Assembly: GCA_951406725.2 (NCBI GenBank)
Contig: OX597824.1
Span: 71,796,001-71,860,000, forward strand
Direction: 5' to 3'
Source: Octopus vulgaris
Taxonomy: Eukaryota
Length of the DNA stretch: 64,000 nucleotides
The first letter of the stretch is position 1; each line of letters opens with the position of its first letter. Shown here one piece after another: positions 13,407-27,971 of the stretch. The notes beneath the pieces were generated by a model that saw only the letters and a list, made by a program, of their open reading frames with translations, had not been told where the DNA came from and made no database searches. The position numbers and the translations under genes are program-made.

Positions 13407-13540
13407 TTTAGTCTTCTAAATGTAAGGACAACCAGTTAATCGAAGTTGCTAATTTTACCGCGCGCGTGTGCGTGAGCATGAGCGTGCGTGTGTGCGTTTG
13501 TATTTGTGAGCGCCCACACACATAATCATCTTATGTCTTA

Positions 13541-13927
13541 CTAGCAGTATCGCCCGGCGTTGCTCGGGTTTGTAAAGGAAATAACTATATTAGCATTTTT
13601 AGAGAGTTATAGCCAAAATATAGCAAAAAATGGGGAAAAAAATGATGGTAAATTTTTTTTTTAAATCGTTGACTCATCGTAGACATTTTTAGAGAGTTAC
13701 TTCCCTTATATAATAGCGAAAAATGCATTAAAATGGAAAAAAATGATGGTAAATTGTTTTAAAAATCGTAGACTCATCGTAGACACGCGCTAATACCCAG
13801 AAGGGCTCGATATGAATCACGACTATAAGATACCCGGTTTTGGTTAAACTGCACCGCAAAATGTGGGAGTAGTTAGGAATCTAAATCGTAGGAGACAGAC
13901 ACACAACTTCACTTTTATATATAAAGA
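13541..13927 (-). mobile_element. Non-autonomous Helitron
   Basis: On the minus strand: A|TC at the 5' end, subterminal hairpin cccgagcaacgccggg, CTAG|T at the 3' end; no TSD. Confidence 0.88.
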
Positions 13928-14531
13928 TTTCCAAGCTAACATGAGTTAGTTGAATCGTTATAGACTGAATTAGTTCTTATTCGGAATTACTATCCTCCTA
14001 GAGAGGTCGTAAAACCACATCTCGCTCGTGTATTCCAGGTTGGCATGGTTTCTAAAGCTGAATGCCCTTCTTAACACTAACCAATATATAGAATCTGGAT
14101 GTATTTTATTGTCTTATCAATATACATACATACATTCATAAATTCCTGCCTACATACTAAAATTCATACATTTATACCAATTATAATTGGTATACTTGGT
14201 TTTCTGAGTAATATTCCCAAGTGACAATCTGGATAAGCCGAGGTTTTCAGACAATCAAATAAACCAGCTGACTTGCGTGTAAGTGGAACAGTAGGAATAT
14301 GTAAAACTTTCCTCAAGTTCAAAATGTGAATATGTTTTTATTAATTACATTCCAACGTTGAAACCTGGAGTATTTCAAATAATTAAAAATAGAAGAGAAC
14401 ATGTATGTATGTATGTATGTATGTATGTATGTATGTATGTATGTATGTATGTATGTATGTATGTATGTATGTATGTGTGTGTGTGTGTATGTGCATTCAC
14501 ACACACATACATGCATACATACATACATGCG

Positions 14532-14565
<34 letters not shown>

Positions 14566-14618
14566 CATACATACCTGTGCCCGAAATATACATGTTTATA
14601 TGTGTATATATATATCTA

Positions 14619-14665
<47 letters not shown>

Positions 14666-15097
14666 ATATATATATATATATATACATACATACATACATA
14701 ATACATACATACATACACACGCACATACACACCTACATACATAGAGATAGAGAGAGAGAAAGAAGAGGAGGAAGACAGGGTGGTAAACGAATGGGCAGAG
14801 AACTTGTGAAAGAAATAAAAAAATAGAAAAAAAAATGAAACCATATTTCGTTTCGTTTTATATTACGAAATCAGACTTTTGTAGAAACCAGAGCGAGGGG
14901 AAGTGCTGGAAAAAAAGGATCAGAGGAGAGATGCCGACAATGCACACGGAATAATCGCACTGACTCTAACTAAAAAACAAAAACAAAAACAAGAGGCATT
15001 AATTAACACTGGTTATTTCGCAAGAACGGCTTTAAAACTAGTTTGTTTTATATCATTGCTTATAGCTTTACATATAATATATTCAGATATATAATAT

Positions 15098-15128
<31 letters not shown>

Positions 15129-16617
15129 CTACATTGTATGCCAAAGGGATTCCCTCAACTTTCAACTTTATTTTTCTCTCACTTTCGTTTTCTCTTGACT
15201 CCTTTTTGTTAAATTAATTGCATTTATATATATTTATATATACATCTGTCGATTTAATAATTAATGTAATTGTAATAAAACTAACAAGTAACTCTACAAA
15301 AACAAACAACACAGTCTATATATAAATAGATAGATAGATAGATTTGCGTGTGTAGGCATGTGTTGATGTAGAAGAGTAACCGCCTGATTGAGGAATGAGA
15401 AGTGGAGACAGGAAGAACAACACTAACATCAACAACAGGAGCAGCAAGAATTCGGAAAAAAGTAATAACAAAAACAGCAGCAGCATCAAATGAAAAATAC
15501 AATCAACACAACACTCCTGTCTTTATCAACGACAGCACATATTCTCTATATACACACTGTATAAATATATACAGTAGCGAATAGACATACATTGCGCATA
15601 TATATATAGTATAATATATAAATATATAAATACACACACACACGTAAAAGAAAAAGCAAACTATTGTACGAGGAAATCATAAAGTTGGCCTTATTGTACT
15701 TATTAATTACCCAAAACGGAGACAAGTGGCACGGATAATTACCAAGATGGTATGTTTTGAAGGATATTTTATTAAGATGCTTCATTATGTTTGTATTCAT
15801 TTATGCATTTATTCTCTTGTTATACACATCACGTTTTATTATTTACTCAGATTTAAAGTTGTATACGACCCTACTTTTCTCTCAGACAACTTGTACTTGA
15901 TTGTTTCTTTCGACCTGCTCTAAAATGCAATCGCATCCCCCCACCTCACTAAAACAATCACGCCCTATTATTAAAGCAAAGAACAAAAGAAAAAAAAGAG
16001 GAAAAGAAAATGCAACGACAAATTTAAGAACAGACAATGTAATCGTAGATGTACAAAAATGCAGGACTGTCTGTCATGGCTGGAACATCTTTGATCATAG
16101 GTTCTGCCCAAACAGGGTTGACATCGAGTTAAAGAACATGTACGTGTGACCGGAATGGGGGATAGACGTGACCCAGGAGACGTATGTTTAAAATAGTCAG
16201 TGTATATAATATAAAACTAACGAGCCTATTGTATAATACAGTATATAAAAATAGTAATTATTAGTGTCAGGTGCAATGTTTATCAATCAGATCATAACTG
16301 ATTGAGCAGCCCTATGATCACAGATGTTCAAGTTGTGAGCATCTTTTCAGTTGTAGAGTATTTAGGACATATTATGTATCCTTCCTTTATTACGACAGCT
16401 GAATGTAATTTTAGGTAGATTTGGCTATTATTTCTAGCCTGTCAAGTGACCATGTATTGGCTTCTTGACTCGTTGAAGGGTGGATGGATTTGCGCGCACA
16501 CACACACACAGAGGCACGCACGCATGCACACACACACACACGTATGTCTGTCTAGTGTAGAAGGTATGAATGTCCGAAATCCGGTAAAAGCAGAAACCTG
16601 CGTGTTAACACGTACAC

Positions 16618-16705
<88 letters not shown>

Positions 16706-18218
16706 GTGTATAAATCATTATCACACTCGTCATGCTTGATGATTTCTGCTAAATTCCGGTATACAATTCCTACCAACAAATACAAACCAAAAAAAAAAAT
16801 ATAGTATAAACACACGTGTATGTTTATGAACACGTATTCATGAATCTTGTCTTCGTATATATCTTTTATATAGTCTTACAAGTATATGTTGCAATATACT
16901 TATGTATTATTTAACACTTTCTGTTGCTACTACTATTATTACTACTACTGTATTTTATCACCTTCCACCCCTTTTACTCTTTGTCTGTCATTTTTTTTCT
17001 TTTTTGAAAACCGTCTTTACGTTTACATTTCTTAACGACATTACTAAAAATACTCGCGCACATATTTAATATTTAAGAAATTTTTCTTCGAAGGTGTGCG
17101 ACTGATTCACCCCACCACTCCTCTCTTTGTTATACACGTGCGCGCGCGCAACTTAGCGGCTTTCTCGCTCAAATACACACACACACACTCACAGAGCCTC
17201 CTTCTTTCGGTCTTTCTTTCATCTGTACAAACAGGTTCTGTGTGTCTCCTGATTATTTCTCTCAGATGCAATTCGGCTTCGTTTTGCTTGTATGTCTATC
17301 TATATCTATCACACTTTATCACTCACACACCCAAATCTCTCCCGTTCTTTCTTTCATAACCCAGTAGTCTCTCACAACTTTCCCTTCCTCAACAATTTCT
17401 GTCATTTCTATCTGTACGAACGTTCTTTTCATGACTCTTATTCGTTCTTCTTCCTTTCTTTCGTTGAACCTTGTGTCAATTTCCCCTTAAGGCAAGCGCG
17501 CTCAAATACATTTTATACATGCAAAAAAGGAGCGACGGCAATTTTCTTGCCAACCATGTTTCGGAACAAGCACCGCCCACCATGTAACACTTACGCACTA
17601 CACACACATATACCTCCCGCCTATTATGTCAGCCTCTTGGTTCACTCGAACAAATTATGATATAAACACTCTTTAGTCACATTTGTCACATGCATTCATT
17701 TATACATCTATACTTAGCAACATACACAGTACATGCTCATGTATAACATACCTATTTTCGATATAGTAAGAAATAAATATATATATAAAATATGTGTGTT
17801 TGTATGTGTCCATATATGTGTCTATATAAGTATTTATCCATATATGAGCATTTGTAAGTATACGTAAGCATTTATGTATATGTGTATTTACATAACCATA
17901 TTTATATATATATAATTTTCAGCCTTGTCATCCTCCAGCTGTTTGTCTTTCATGTCCCACTTGTTTAAGGATGGGTGTGTTGTAGCTATCTGTGCAAGCT
18001 ATCGCAACTTCATAGGCACCTAAAAAATAGCGAAAGGCATAGTGAATGTCGATTCCTAGTAGTGACTGTGTGCGTATATGTATGTATACCCGTGTATATT
18101 GTGTGTACATATCCATGTACAAGCCTACGCGCACGCACACACAATACGTATGTACATGTATGTATGTATTATATGCACAGATCTACGTATAGATGTGTAT
18201 ATACATATATGTATCTTT

Positions 18219-18267
<49 letters not shown>

Positions 18268-18879
18268 TATCCGTGTGTGTATTTGTGTATACACACACGC
18301 ACCCAAATATACGCACGAATACATTGATGGCTGGACATCCTGAATATCATAAAATCATGTGACATTAAAACGTCGATGATAAAAAGTAACAAACAAACTT
18401 CTACTAACCAAAGTGATATAACGATGATATAACTAGTTACAGAAAATATAAACCCTATATTTTTAAAAGTTGATAGCTAAATGTTAAAAATTAATTTTCT
18501 TTTTAAGGATATGTAAACTAGATTTGAAACAATAAATTTGTGTTTTACATGTTCTAAACAAAGTGCTGTGCCGATACTCGAAGAGAACGTGGAAACAGAA
18601 AAAGTGATCATTCTCACATTTTCTTCTTTTGCTAAACACATATTCGATAAACAATGATGATAAAAATAAAGGATGAGGCGCAAACATTGTTTTACACACT
18701 CACACACATATATACGCATTTACATACAGAAAATGTTTCTATACCTAGCTACACACACACATATTCACACTCAATCATGTGTTTATGAATGTGAATAATC
18801 TATATGTTGATATGACAGAATGTTTATAGGGTGTGATGGTTTGGACGAACTAAAAAATCCAGTCATGTATATCTATCCC

Positions 18880-19080
18880 TTTACCTACCCATCAGTCAAT
18901 CTATTCATCTAGCTATCTATCTATCTACTTACCTACCTACTTATCTATCTATCTACTTACTTATCTATCTATCTATTCATCTATCTATCTATCTACTTAC
19001 CTACCTACTTATCTATCTATCTACTTACTTATCTATCTATCTATCTACTTACCTACCTACTTATCTATCTATCTACTTAC

Positions 19081-19163
<83 letters not shown>

Positions 19164-19187
19164 CTTACCTACCTACCTATCTATCTA
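18880..19187. repeat. Compound (TATC)n/(CTAC)n microsatellite with higher-order repeats
   Basis: Seen directly. Confidence 0.92.
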
Positions 19188-20105
19188 ATAGTATGAACTA
19201 AGTGGTTAAATAAATACAAATGCATTTATTTTTCCTAATTAATTTTCCTTTTAACATGACAACTTATTAGTGTCACATTTTAGCCACCAGGTTTTGGAAT
19301 CATGTGATTTACCCGTCTCGCTTTAAATAGGGTTTGTTTTATTTAGAATTTTTTTTACTCTTCCTTTCATACGCTCAATTCATTCAGATCTTTTCATCAA
19401 TCACTCTATCTGAAATGACACTGCAATGATTCCGGAAAATATACCCTGCCACCTTTATTTATTCCTCACCTTTCCTTAGTTCGTCGGTCCAAATGAGTCC
19501 TGGAGAATTAAAACGAATATTTTTTTATCCTTTTACTGAGGCCTTATTCTATACATTTACTTCTGTTCGTTACTGAATATAGGCTTAATAAAAAGTACAC
19601 ACATTCAAATAAGTGGGGTTTTTTTCTCCTTTTTTCTTTTATTTTACGAAGTATATCCGAGACAGAAGAAGTAATATCTATGATTTCAAAACCGAAATAT
19701 TGCTGAAGGCAATTAAATACTCGATCAGGTTTCTGTCCCTCCTCATGGCATAATACCTTATACTTTGAACATATATATACTAGCACATCATCCTTACTCT
19801 CTTCACTACTATGGGTTGCCAATCTGTCATGTGGCCCGCTCGAGCACTTAAACACTCCAACAGTTCTTCGGTGCCTTTAGTGGAGTTCGCTTTGTTTTGA
19901 GCATTCGGACCAGAACACCTGTTCCCTCCTCATCACACGTTTTCTTGTAGATGTTCTTGCTAGGTATCTGCCGCATCTATTTCGCAAAGCTGGGATGGTT
20001 TGCAAAGATCATGAGCACTGTCTCCCTATTAATTTATAATGTATTTGAGATACATCTGGTTTACTGAAAGTTATTAGGGTTGCCTCGCCTCAATGCTTGA
20101 ACTAA

Positions 20106-20108
20106 ATG
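20106..20108 (+). CDS. GMF: Candidate GMF exon 1 coding part (ATG followed by a donor)
   Basis: aaATG|gtaagc. Exon 2 starts in phase 0 without Met, and vertebrate GMF genes have an ATG-only first coding exon. Lies in the CpG-retaining zone, near an aatATGGCGG (YY1-like) motif at ~20155. Not unique proof. Confidence 0.4.
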
Positions 20109-22184
20109 GTAAGCAGTGGGTAACAGATCTAGGGAATATGGCGGATAACCCAATTTAGTAGATTTCTGCAGCATCATTTGACTAATATATCTAGTTTTGA
20201 CAGAGTTCAATTCAAATGGAAACCTACATAATTTTATTCTTCCTCCTTTTTATTTTAGATTACGTGAAATTGAATAAATAATAACTTAGAATATGACTGC
20301 GTGCGTGTCATTTGTTTGATAGTTTGCATGCTTTTTTTCCACATTAATATCCACTAGTTGATTATTTTCAAAAGCAGATGAAGGTCCTTAAGCTTTATTC
20401 CCATTTGGGACTCTCGTCTCCATTGCAAAACTTTTCGAATCAATGCTGCATTCTATGTTCATTCGGAAACTGTTCTTTCACTTTTACCAAATGCTTAGTT
20501 CAACATACACGAGAGAGTCGAGGGTAACTTTAAACTCGCCTAGGAAAATAATGCGTAATACCTCTGATTTTAAGTTTAAATTTAAGAACAACTGATACCA
20601 AGGATAAAAATAAGAATATTAAAGACAATTTAACAACGAGCCAACCTCTGCGTTCAACCTACTAAAAATAACAGCAAAACTGCTATCAAATCGTGTCGTA
20701 ACGTTTTAAAAAAAAGCAAGGATATTTAGGATAGTGTAGTCCGAGATTACTGTACCCAGAGAAAAGAAAGACAGACGGATTACGATTAGAATGCTTTTGT
20801 TCAATCAAGGATGCAGGCATTGCTGTTTAGCTTCGGGTTCAATCCCCATGAGTCGCACTTTTGACATGTAAGTTGTCGACCAAAGCTTTTTGAGTGGATT
20901 TTGGTATAAGGACACTGTGGAAATCTTTCTTAGGAGTCATTCCTGTTCATGGGTGATGGACTTAAAACGTCGCCCAATCTTACACTATCATCTAACCCAT
21001 AGGTACCTTTTAGCAGAGGACACTGTTGCAAGCTTTAGGAGGGCTAGGTTTCTTCCCTTCCTCCTACTAGTCTCGAAGGGGCCGATAAGGATCATGGATA
21101 GACGCTTCCTTTCTACTTCTGACTACAAAAAGGGGGACAACTTGAGATATAAACAATTTCAATTTCACAAAAGCATATATTTTTAATGATCCTTGTATAA
21201 CAACACCAACTTGCCTGCCTTTTATTTCTGGTTAGCATTTTCAGTACTCTTCCTATAAAGAATATGAAGACGCGTGACCTAATGGTTTTGATGCTGGATT
21301 CACAATCTTAAGATACTGTGTTTGATTCCTAGACTTGGCGATGCATCGTGTCCTTAGGCACTTCATTTCACGTTGCTCCACTCAACTCAGATGAAATGAG
21401 TACAAGCCGAGAGTGCTGATGCAGACCATTCTCCAGCTGTCACATCCTCGATGTTTCGCTGGCACAACTGTAGAAAAAGCCCAGAGATGTCTACGTTTGC
21501 TCGTGACTACTTAAAGCACCGAAAACCGTTTGCGAAAGTACACTGCATGTTAGGGTACCAAGTTACTCTTACGAGTTAGGGGCTATGCATATCGAATATG
21601 TTTGTACTAAATTATTTATCTGTTCCAGCACATAATAACTTCTTTTTATCCCTTTAATTCTCTCCAGTTTTATCTTGTTGACTCTTTATTGGTCTCTGTA
21701 TTGAATATGTAAATACGAACTTAACCATTGTTTTCCATGCAGATGGAATATTAGAGTTATCGAATTCCATAAGATTCAGATTGATCAGATGCTGAGTTTT
21801 CCAAGAATTAAAGAATTACGAGCCATCTTTAATTAATCATGACTCTCGTTTTTAACTTAAATGATGCGCGCGTACGCGTGTGGCTGAGAGGTTAAGAAGC
21901 TTGTTTCACAACTATGAAGTTTGAAGTTCAATACCATATTGAGCAAGTGACTTTGTCATGGCTTCAGGTCACACCCAAGCCTTGTAGGTAAATTTGGCTT
22001 GACGAAAATCATTTTGAAACCTACCCGGTGGATTGTGTTTGTTATTCAAAGGTTCAATTTTGACACACCATGTCAAACTGATTGCACTTGAAAACTATAT
22101 CAAAGGTACAGCTGTCTTTGGAATACTTAGCCAACTGACATGCTAATTCAATGAGTTGGTATCTCAGTTGAATTGATGCTCAAA

Positions 22185-22568
22185 CTAGCAGTATCGCCTG
22201 GCATTGCTCGGGTTTGTTTCAACCCTTTAGAATTGGAATTTTTGAAAAGTAAAAATTTTGCATTATGTAGCTTGTTATTCTCTTTAAGTGAACATTTTTC
22301 TGGTTGAAATACACCGAAAAATGGCGACACAGAAGTAAAAAAATCGGGATTTTCATAGAAAAAAAGCACCTTTTTGATGTATATAATTTTTGGTCTTAAC
22401 ATGGTCCGATCTGAATTTTTTCTTCTACTGAAGGAAGAGCAAACCTTCTTCTATCATACTCTCAATTTTGGTCAACTTGCGCCACAGGATCTCGGAGGAG
22501 ATAGTATTAGTTGAAGGCTACCAAACCTGCCATACACAGACAACTTCAGCTTTATATATATAGAGAGA
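22185..22568 (-). mobile_element. Non-autonomous Helitron
   Basis: A|TCTCTCTATATATATAAAG 5' end; same hairpin and CTAG|T 3' end as 13541-13927, with a different interior. Confidence 0.88.
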
Positions 22569-23657
22569 TGTTGAAATCAGTGGTAGAATACATTTTGTGT
22601 GTGCGTGTGTACTCTTTTTCTCTCACACAGACTTAAACATACCCTTTTCCTTCATTCTTTTTCAGAACATTCTCCCATCTTTTCTGTGCCTTCTATTAAT
22701 CTCTCCATTTCCTCTGAGCTACATCTTAGGTCTGTCATACCTCGTTTTTTAACACTTCTCATATCTGCAATCATTATCAAGACCTTCTCATGTCTGTCCT
22801 ACCCTTACACACTCCACTCAGTTTAACCACTGCACACCTCTAAGCTTGTTTGTTACTGTGGAGCTCCCTCCTCACTCTCACACACTGCACATCGGGTTCC
22901 CTACTTTCTTATTTATGTGGAAGTTTATGATGCTGTCCTCCACCCTTTCTGTACTGCTGCTCATCACCTCCTCCTTCCTGTGCCACTTCTGTCTCTTTCA
23001 CCTTCACACCTCCATACAGATATTCATCAACCACACCTTTACTATTGTTCATAATTTGCTACATTCACCTTTAACCATCTGTCACTCTCTTATACTCTTA
23101 TGAGCTTATCCCCTCTCCCTTTCCCTTTGATCCTCTGTCTGTATTTTCTTTTCTACCTACCTCCTTGTACTTTGAGAGTTCATTCTGGCAGTTAGTCACC
23201 ACTATTTTTGTTTTGTTTTCATTTACTCCTATCCAGCATTATAAAGCAAGGATAGCCTTGTATCTCTTTTCTAGCAAGATAACTGTACTACTTGTCCTGT
23301 TATCATATTAATGTTTTCAACACTTTGTATAAAACCACCTCCCTCTGTCTCAAATAGACTCCCTCTTACTTGAGTGGAGGGCATTTTCTTTGTGTTGTAA
23401 GTTACTCGGTGATGTCACAAGTGCTGGTATCATAAAAAAAGCACTTCGTATGCATTATAAAATGGTTGACAGTAAGAAGGGCAATGAGCTGTAGAATCCA
23501 TGCCAAAGCTGACATTGGAGCTCAGTGCAGTCCTACAGCTCATCACATCCTGTCAAACCATCCAGCCTGTACCAGAATAGAAAATAAACATCAAATGATG
23601 ATGGTAATGATGTAAGTATGTATGTGTGTGTGTGTGTGTGTATGTAGGTAGGTAGTA

Positions 23658-23880
23658 TGGCGGTGAGCTGGCACAATCGTTAGCACGCCAGGCGAAATGC
23701 TTAGCGGTATTTCATCTGCCGCTATGTTCTGAGTTCAAATTCCGCCGAGGTCAACTTTGCCTTTCGTCCTTTCGGGGTCGATAAATTAAGTACTAGTTAC
23801 GCACTGGGGTTGATATAATCGACTTAATCTGTTTGTTTGTCCTCTCTGTGTTTAGCCCCTAGTGGGTAGTAAAGAAATAG
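23658..23880 (+). mobile_element. SINE family B
   Basis: Near-complete copy similar to 5940-6170. Confidence 0.85.
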
Positions 23881-24521
23881 GTAGGTTGCTAGGTGCAAGT
23901 GTGGGTGTGTAGTTGAGAAGCTGGCTTCCCTTGCTATGTAGTCTTGGATACAGTCCCACTGCTCAGCGCCTTGGGCAAGCATAATCTACTATAGCTCCTG
24001 GCTGACCAAAGCCTTGTCAGTAGATTTGGTAGACAGAAAATGAAAGAAGCCTGGATATCTATATATACATGTATGTGTATGTGTGCCCTTGTTTTGACGT
24101 CATATGATGATTGTAGATGGGCATCACTGTCATACAAATGACGCTGTTTATTTCCATTCTTTCACGAAAAACATGTGTGGCCATGGGGAAACATTACCTT
24201 GCTTGGAAACGGGTCAGGATTGATGAAAAGAAGGATATACAGCTGTAGAAAATCCACATATTCCACCTAACTCATATAAGCATCATGATGATGGTGATGA
24301 TGATTGTGTGTGTGGTCAAGGCAGCAAAGTTGCAGTATTGTTAGCATGCTGGACAAAATACTTAGCTGCATTTCTTCCAGCGTTATGTTCTGAATTCAAA
24401 TTCCACCAAACTCAGTTTTGCCTTTCATTCTTTCAGGATCAGTTGAGCACTGGGATTGATGTAATCAGCTAGCCCCTTCCTCAAAAATTTTCAAGCTTTG
24501 TGTTAATAATAGAGAGAAATA

Positions 24522-24916
24522 TCTCTTTTACTTGTTTCAGTCATTTGACTGTGGTCATGCTGGAGCACCGCCTTTAGTCGAGCAAATCGACCCCAGGACT
24601 TATTCTTTGTAAGCCTAGTACTTATTCTATCGGTCTCTTTTGCCGAACCACTAGTTTACGCGGATGTAAACACGCCACCATCGGTTGTCAAGTGATGCTG
24701 GGGGACAAACACAGACACACAATCATACACATATACATATATATACATATATATGACGGGCTTCTTTCAGTTTCCGTCTATCAAATCCACTCACAAGGCT
24801 TTGGTCGGCCCGTGGCTATAGTAGAAGACACTTGCCCAAGGTGCCACGTAGTGGGAATGAACCCGGAACCATGTGGTTGGTAAGCAAGCTATTTACCACA
24901 CAGCCACTCCTGTGCC
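24522..24916 (-). mobile_element. SINE family A, young copy
   Basis: Full length, CpGs retained. Confidence 0.9.
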
Positions 24917-25464
24917 TTTAACAAATACAAGTTGATGTAAAACTGTGAACTGAATTTCTTTTCCTGCGCTTTATTGTTGTTTAACCCGAGATCAGCTTTG
25001 AATTTGTACACTTTTGATCAAAGCTGTTGTAGTTGTGACCATGCTGTCTGTGAAAAAGAATACCAGTGATTAAGTCATAAGTGTACAACAATTTACTTTG
25101 AAACAAGTTATTATGAATTAAATGCTAAGATTTTAATGGTGTAACATTAGAAGAAAAGCATCTCCTGCTAGAGCCAAGTGACTGATGAATTTACTTAAGG
25201 ATGTAATGCAGAAATAAATTATAGGATTTAATTTCAGGTAATGGAGTGGCAGATACTTAGTAGTATTATTGGTAGACAGTTGTGTAGTTAAGTAATAAGG
25301 TGTGGTTATAATCACATGAATAGGCCCGTTTTCATTTTTCTGTTTCACATTGGTGCCTTTACTCTTTTATATCACATAATTGTTCATTCAATGCTTGTTT
25401 TTCCATGTTAGCATGGATTTGGATGGAGATTTAGTTGAGGCAGGATTTCACAGCCAGGTGATCG

Positions 25465-25735
25465 TTACCAGCATCGCCTTACTGGCACGTGTAAAAACAT
25501 TCGAGTGAGGTCGGTGCCAGTACCGCCTGACTGGCCCCCATGCCAGTGGCATGTAAAAGCACCAACTACACTCTCGGAGTGGTTGGCGTTAGAAAGGGCA
25601 TCCAGCTGTAAAAACTCTGCCAGATCAAGATTGGAGCCTGGTGCAGCCATCTGGTTCGCCAGCCCTCAGTCAAATTGTCCGATCCATGCTAGCATGGAAA
25701 GCAGATGTTAAACGATGATGTTGATGATGCTGATA
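25465..25735 (+). mobile_element. Repeat family D (retroposon 3' end with (GAT)n tail)
   Basis: ggagtggttggcgttagaaagggcatccagctgta...catgctagcatggaaagc..gttaaacgatgatg; reverse copies at 42310-42865, 57870-58170 and 60385-60635. Confidence 0.8.
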
Positions 25736-26676
25736 GATGCTTTTCCTGTCACTAATCTTTGCCTGTTTTCAAGTAAGGGATTATTTTATTCCAGAGGTGT
25801 TTGAAAGCCCAGGGTGACCAGTGATAATGTCAACAAAGAATGTTGACACCACTACTTCTTTGCTCAAGTGGTGACCAGTGCATCATATCAAGTCACAATT
25901 TCACTCACACATACAAACATGACAAGCTTCTTGCAGTTTCCATTTATCAATTTCTCTTACAAGGCATTGGTTAGTCCAAGGCTATAGTAATGACACCGAT
26001 CGAAGGTGCTATGCAGTGGGACTAAGCCCAAACCCATTTAGTTGAGAAATAAATTTCTTAACCACATTGTGATGCACTTATAAATTATTTACATTAAAAT
26101 ATTCACAATTAATTCATGGGGGTTATATTTCTTTGCAAACATTGCACTGAAGTGACACACCTCATTGTGTCAGACATTAGAAGAATAACCTATCATGCTT
26201 GCAACAAGCCATTGTATGAATAAATAATATAGTTATAATAGTAAAAAAAACACCAAAAGTTTTATTGTGTATAACTTGAAAAGAGGTCTCAGTGTGGCTG
26301 TGTATAGGTGAAGATGTTGCTGTGTAGTTAAGAAGTTTGCTTCTTGATCACTTGGTTTTGGGTTCAGTCCCACTGTGTAACTTTTACTATAGCCCTGGCA
26401 ATAGATGAAAAAGTCTGTCATATAGTGGAAATATGTGAGTGACCAGGTGGTAGTTAAATGACTAAAATTTTATCCCGAAATATTAAATGTATAAGTAAAG
26501 TTAACAGTTTCTCTGTGTTTTGGAATGGTTAATATGTATCTTCTCTGCTTAACTGTTATATGTGTGTGTGTGTGTTAATGCTTATGTTTGTGCTTCCTTG
26601 TCTTGATATCATGTCATAGAAACAGTGTCATTTATTTCCAATATTCTGCTAAAACATGTCTGGCCATGGGAAAATA

Positions 26677-27243
26677 TTGGGTTGTCCAGAAAGTTCGTGC
26701 CGATTTTTAAAGGCAAGGGAAAGGTCAATAAATACTTGCTATTACATTTCTAATCAACCAAATATGAACTATTTTGTTGCACAATGTGTCTCCATCTTTC
26801 CTTTAACTTGAAAATACCCTCTTCTCAGAATTGAGGTGGTTTCATGGCAAAGAATTCATCAAAGTATCTTTTTATGTCATCCAAGGAATTGAAATTTTTA
26901 CCATTAAGACTATTATGCAGAGACCTGAATAAATGGAAATCCAAAGGAGCAATATCTGGTGAATATGGAGGTTGGGGGTAACACATCCCAGCTGAGCTGC
27001 AGCAATTTTTGTCTGGTTCCCAAAGCATCAAGTGCCGAAAATGAACTTTCTTATCTTCCATTTTAAAGGGTTACAGAATTAACACAGGTTATAGGAACAT
27101 AAACCTTCTTCCACAAAAAGATAGCTTAAACTGTGCTCTAAATGGAGGTGTAGTCAAATTCTATTTTATGGACTCGACCATCTTCTAAAATAAGTCGAAA
27201 GGTAAGCTACTATAAATCGGCATGAACTTTCCGGACAACCCAA
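26677..27243 (-). mobile_element. Internally deleted mariner element
   Basis: ~30-bp TIRs ttgggttgtccagaaagttcgtgccgattt, TA on both sides; ORF 26825-27061 fuses the transposase N-terminus to PPYSPDIAPLDFHLF. Confidence 0.95.
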
Positions 27244-27657
27244 TATTTACCTTGATTGGAAATAGTTGAAAGTTGGTGATAGGAAGAGCATCTGGCCGTA
27301 TAAAATTTGCCTCAATGAATTCCACCTGCTCTATGCAAAGCATGGAAAAGTAGAAATTAAAATGATAACAATGGTCATGATGATGATGATGCCACTGCCG
27401 CCAATGCCAAACTCTCTGTAGTGTAATTGGTAATGTTTCCATTCTACAAGACAAACAATTGTTATGTCATTTGTCAGTGATCCTGTTTCTGTTTTTTCTT
27501 TCTGTCTTGATTAGATGCTCTGATCTAATATTACTTATAAGATAAGTTTTATTTTTATTTGTATTATTTTTAATGCATGAATACATTCTAGAATACGAAC
27601 TAGAGACTTTATTCAAAGAACTTTGCTCTTATTTTGTTTTTTGTTTTTTCCTTCCAG

Positions 27658-27748
27658 TCTCAACCGGTTTGTGAACTGAATGATGGTGTTAAAGAAAGAA
27701 TCAAACAGTTCCGTTTCTCTAACAATAAATGTACTGCTGCTGTTATCT
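27658..27748 (+). CDS. GMF: Glia maturation factor coding exon 2 (SQPVCELNDGVKERIKQFRFSNNKCTAAVI)
   Basis: Long polypyrimidine tract + ttccag acceptor and gtaagt donor; 91 nt, phase 0 to 1; translation resembles the GMF N-terminus (VC...KFRF...AAII). Confidence 0.93.
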
Positions 27749-27916
27749 GTAAGTTATAAATCCATCTATCTATCGATCAAGCTGTCTATATCTATTTCTC
27801 AGCCTTTCTGCTTGTCTGTTTGTCTCTCTGTCTGTCTGATTGTGTATCTGTCTGTCTGTCTGTCTGTCTCTCTGTCTATTTATGTTTGCTTCTCTGTTTG
27901 TCCCTCTCTATCTGTC

Positions 27917-27971
<55 letters not shown>

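Noticed and set aside
19544-20030. 103-aa minus ORF and adjacent CpG-rich sequence
   Set aside because: Non-ATG start, no recognisable domain or splice structure; possibly a decayed element or promoter DNA.
20860-20875. gacat|gtaagt perfect donor as GMF exon 1
   Set aside because: Gives AT rather than ATG before the donor and lies within a SINE A remnant.
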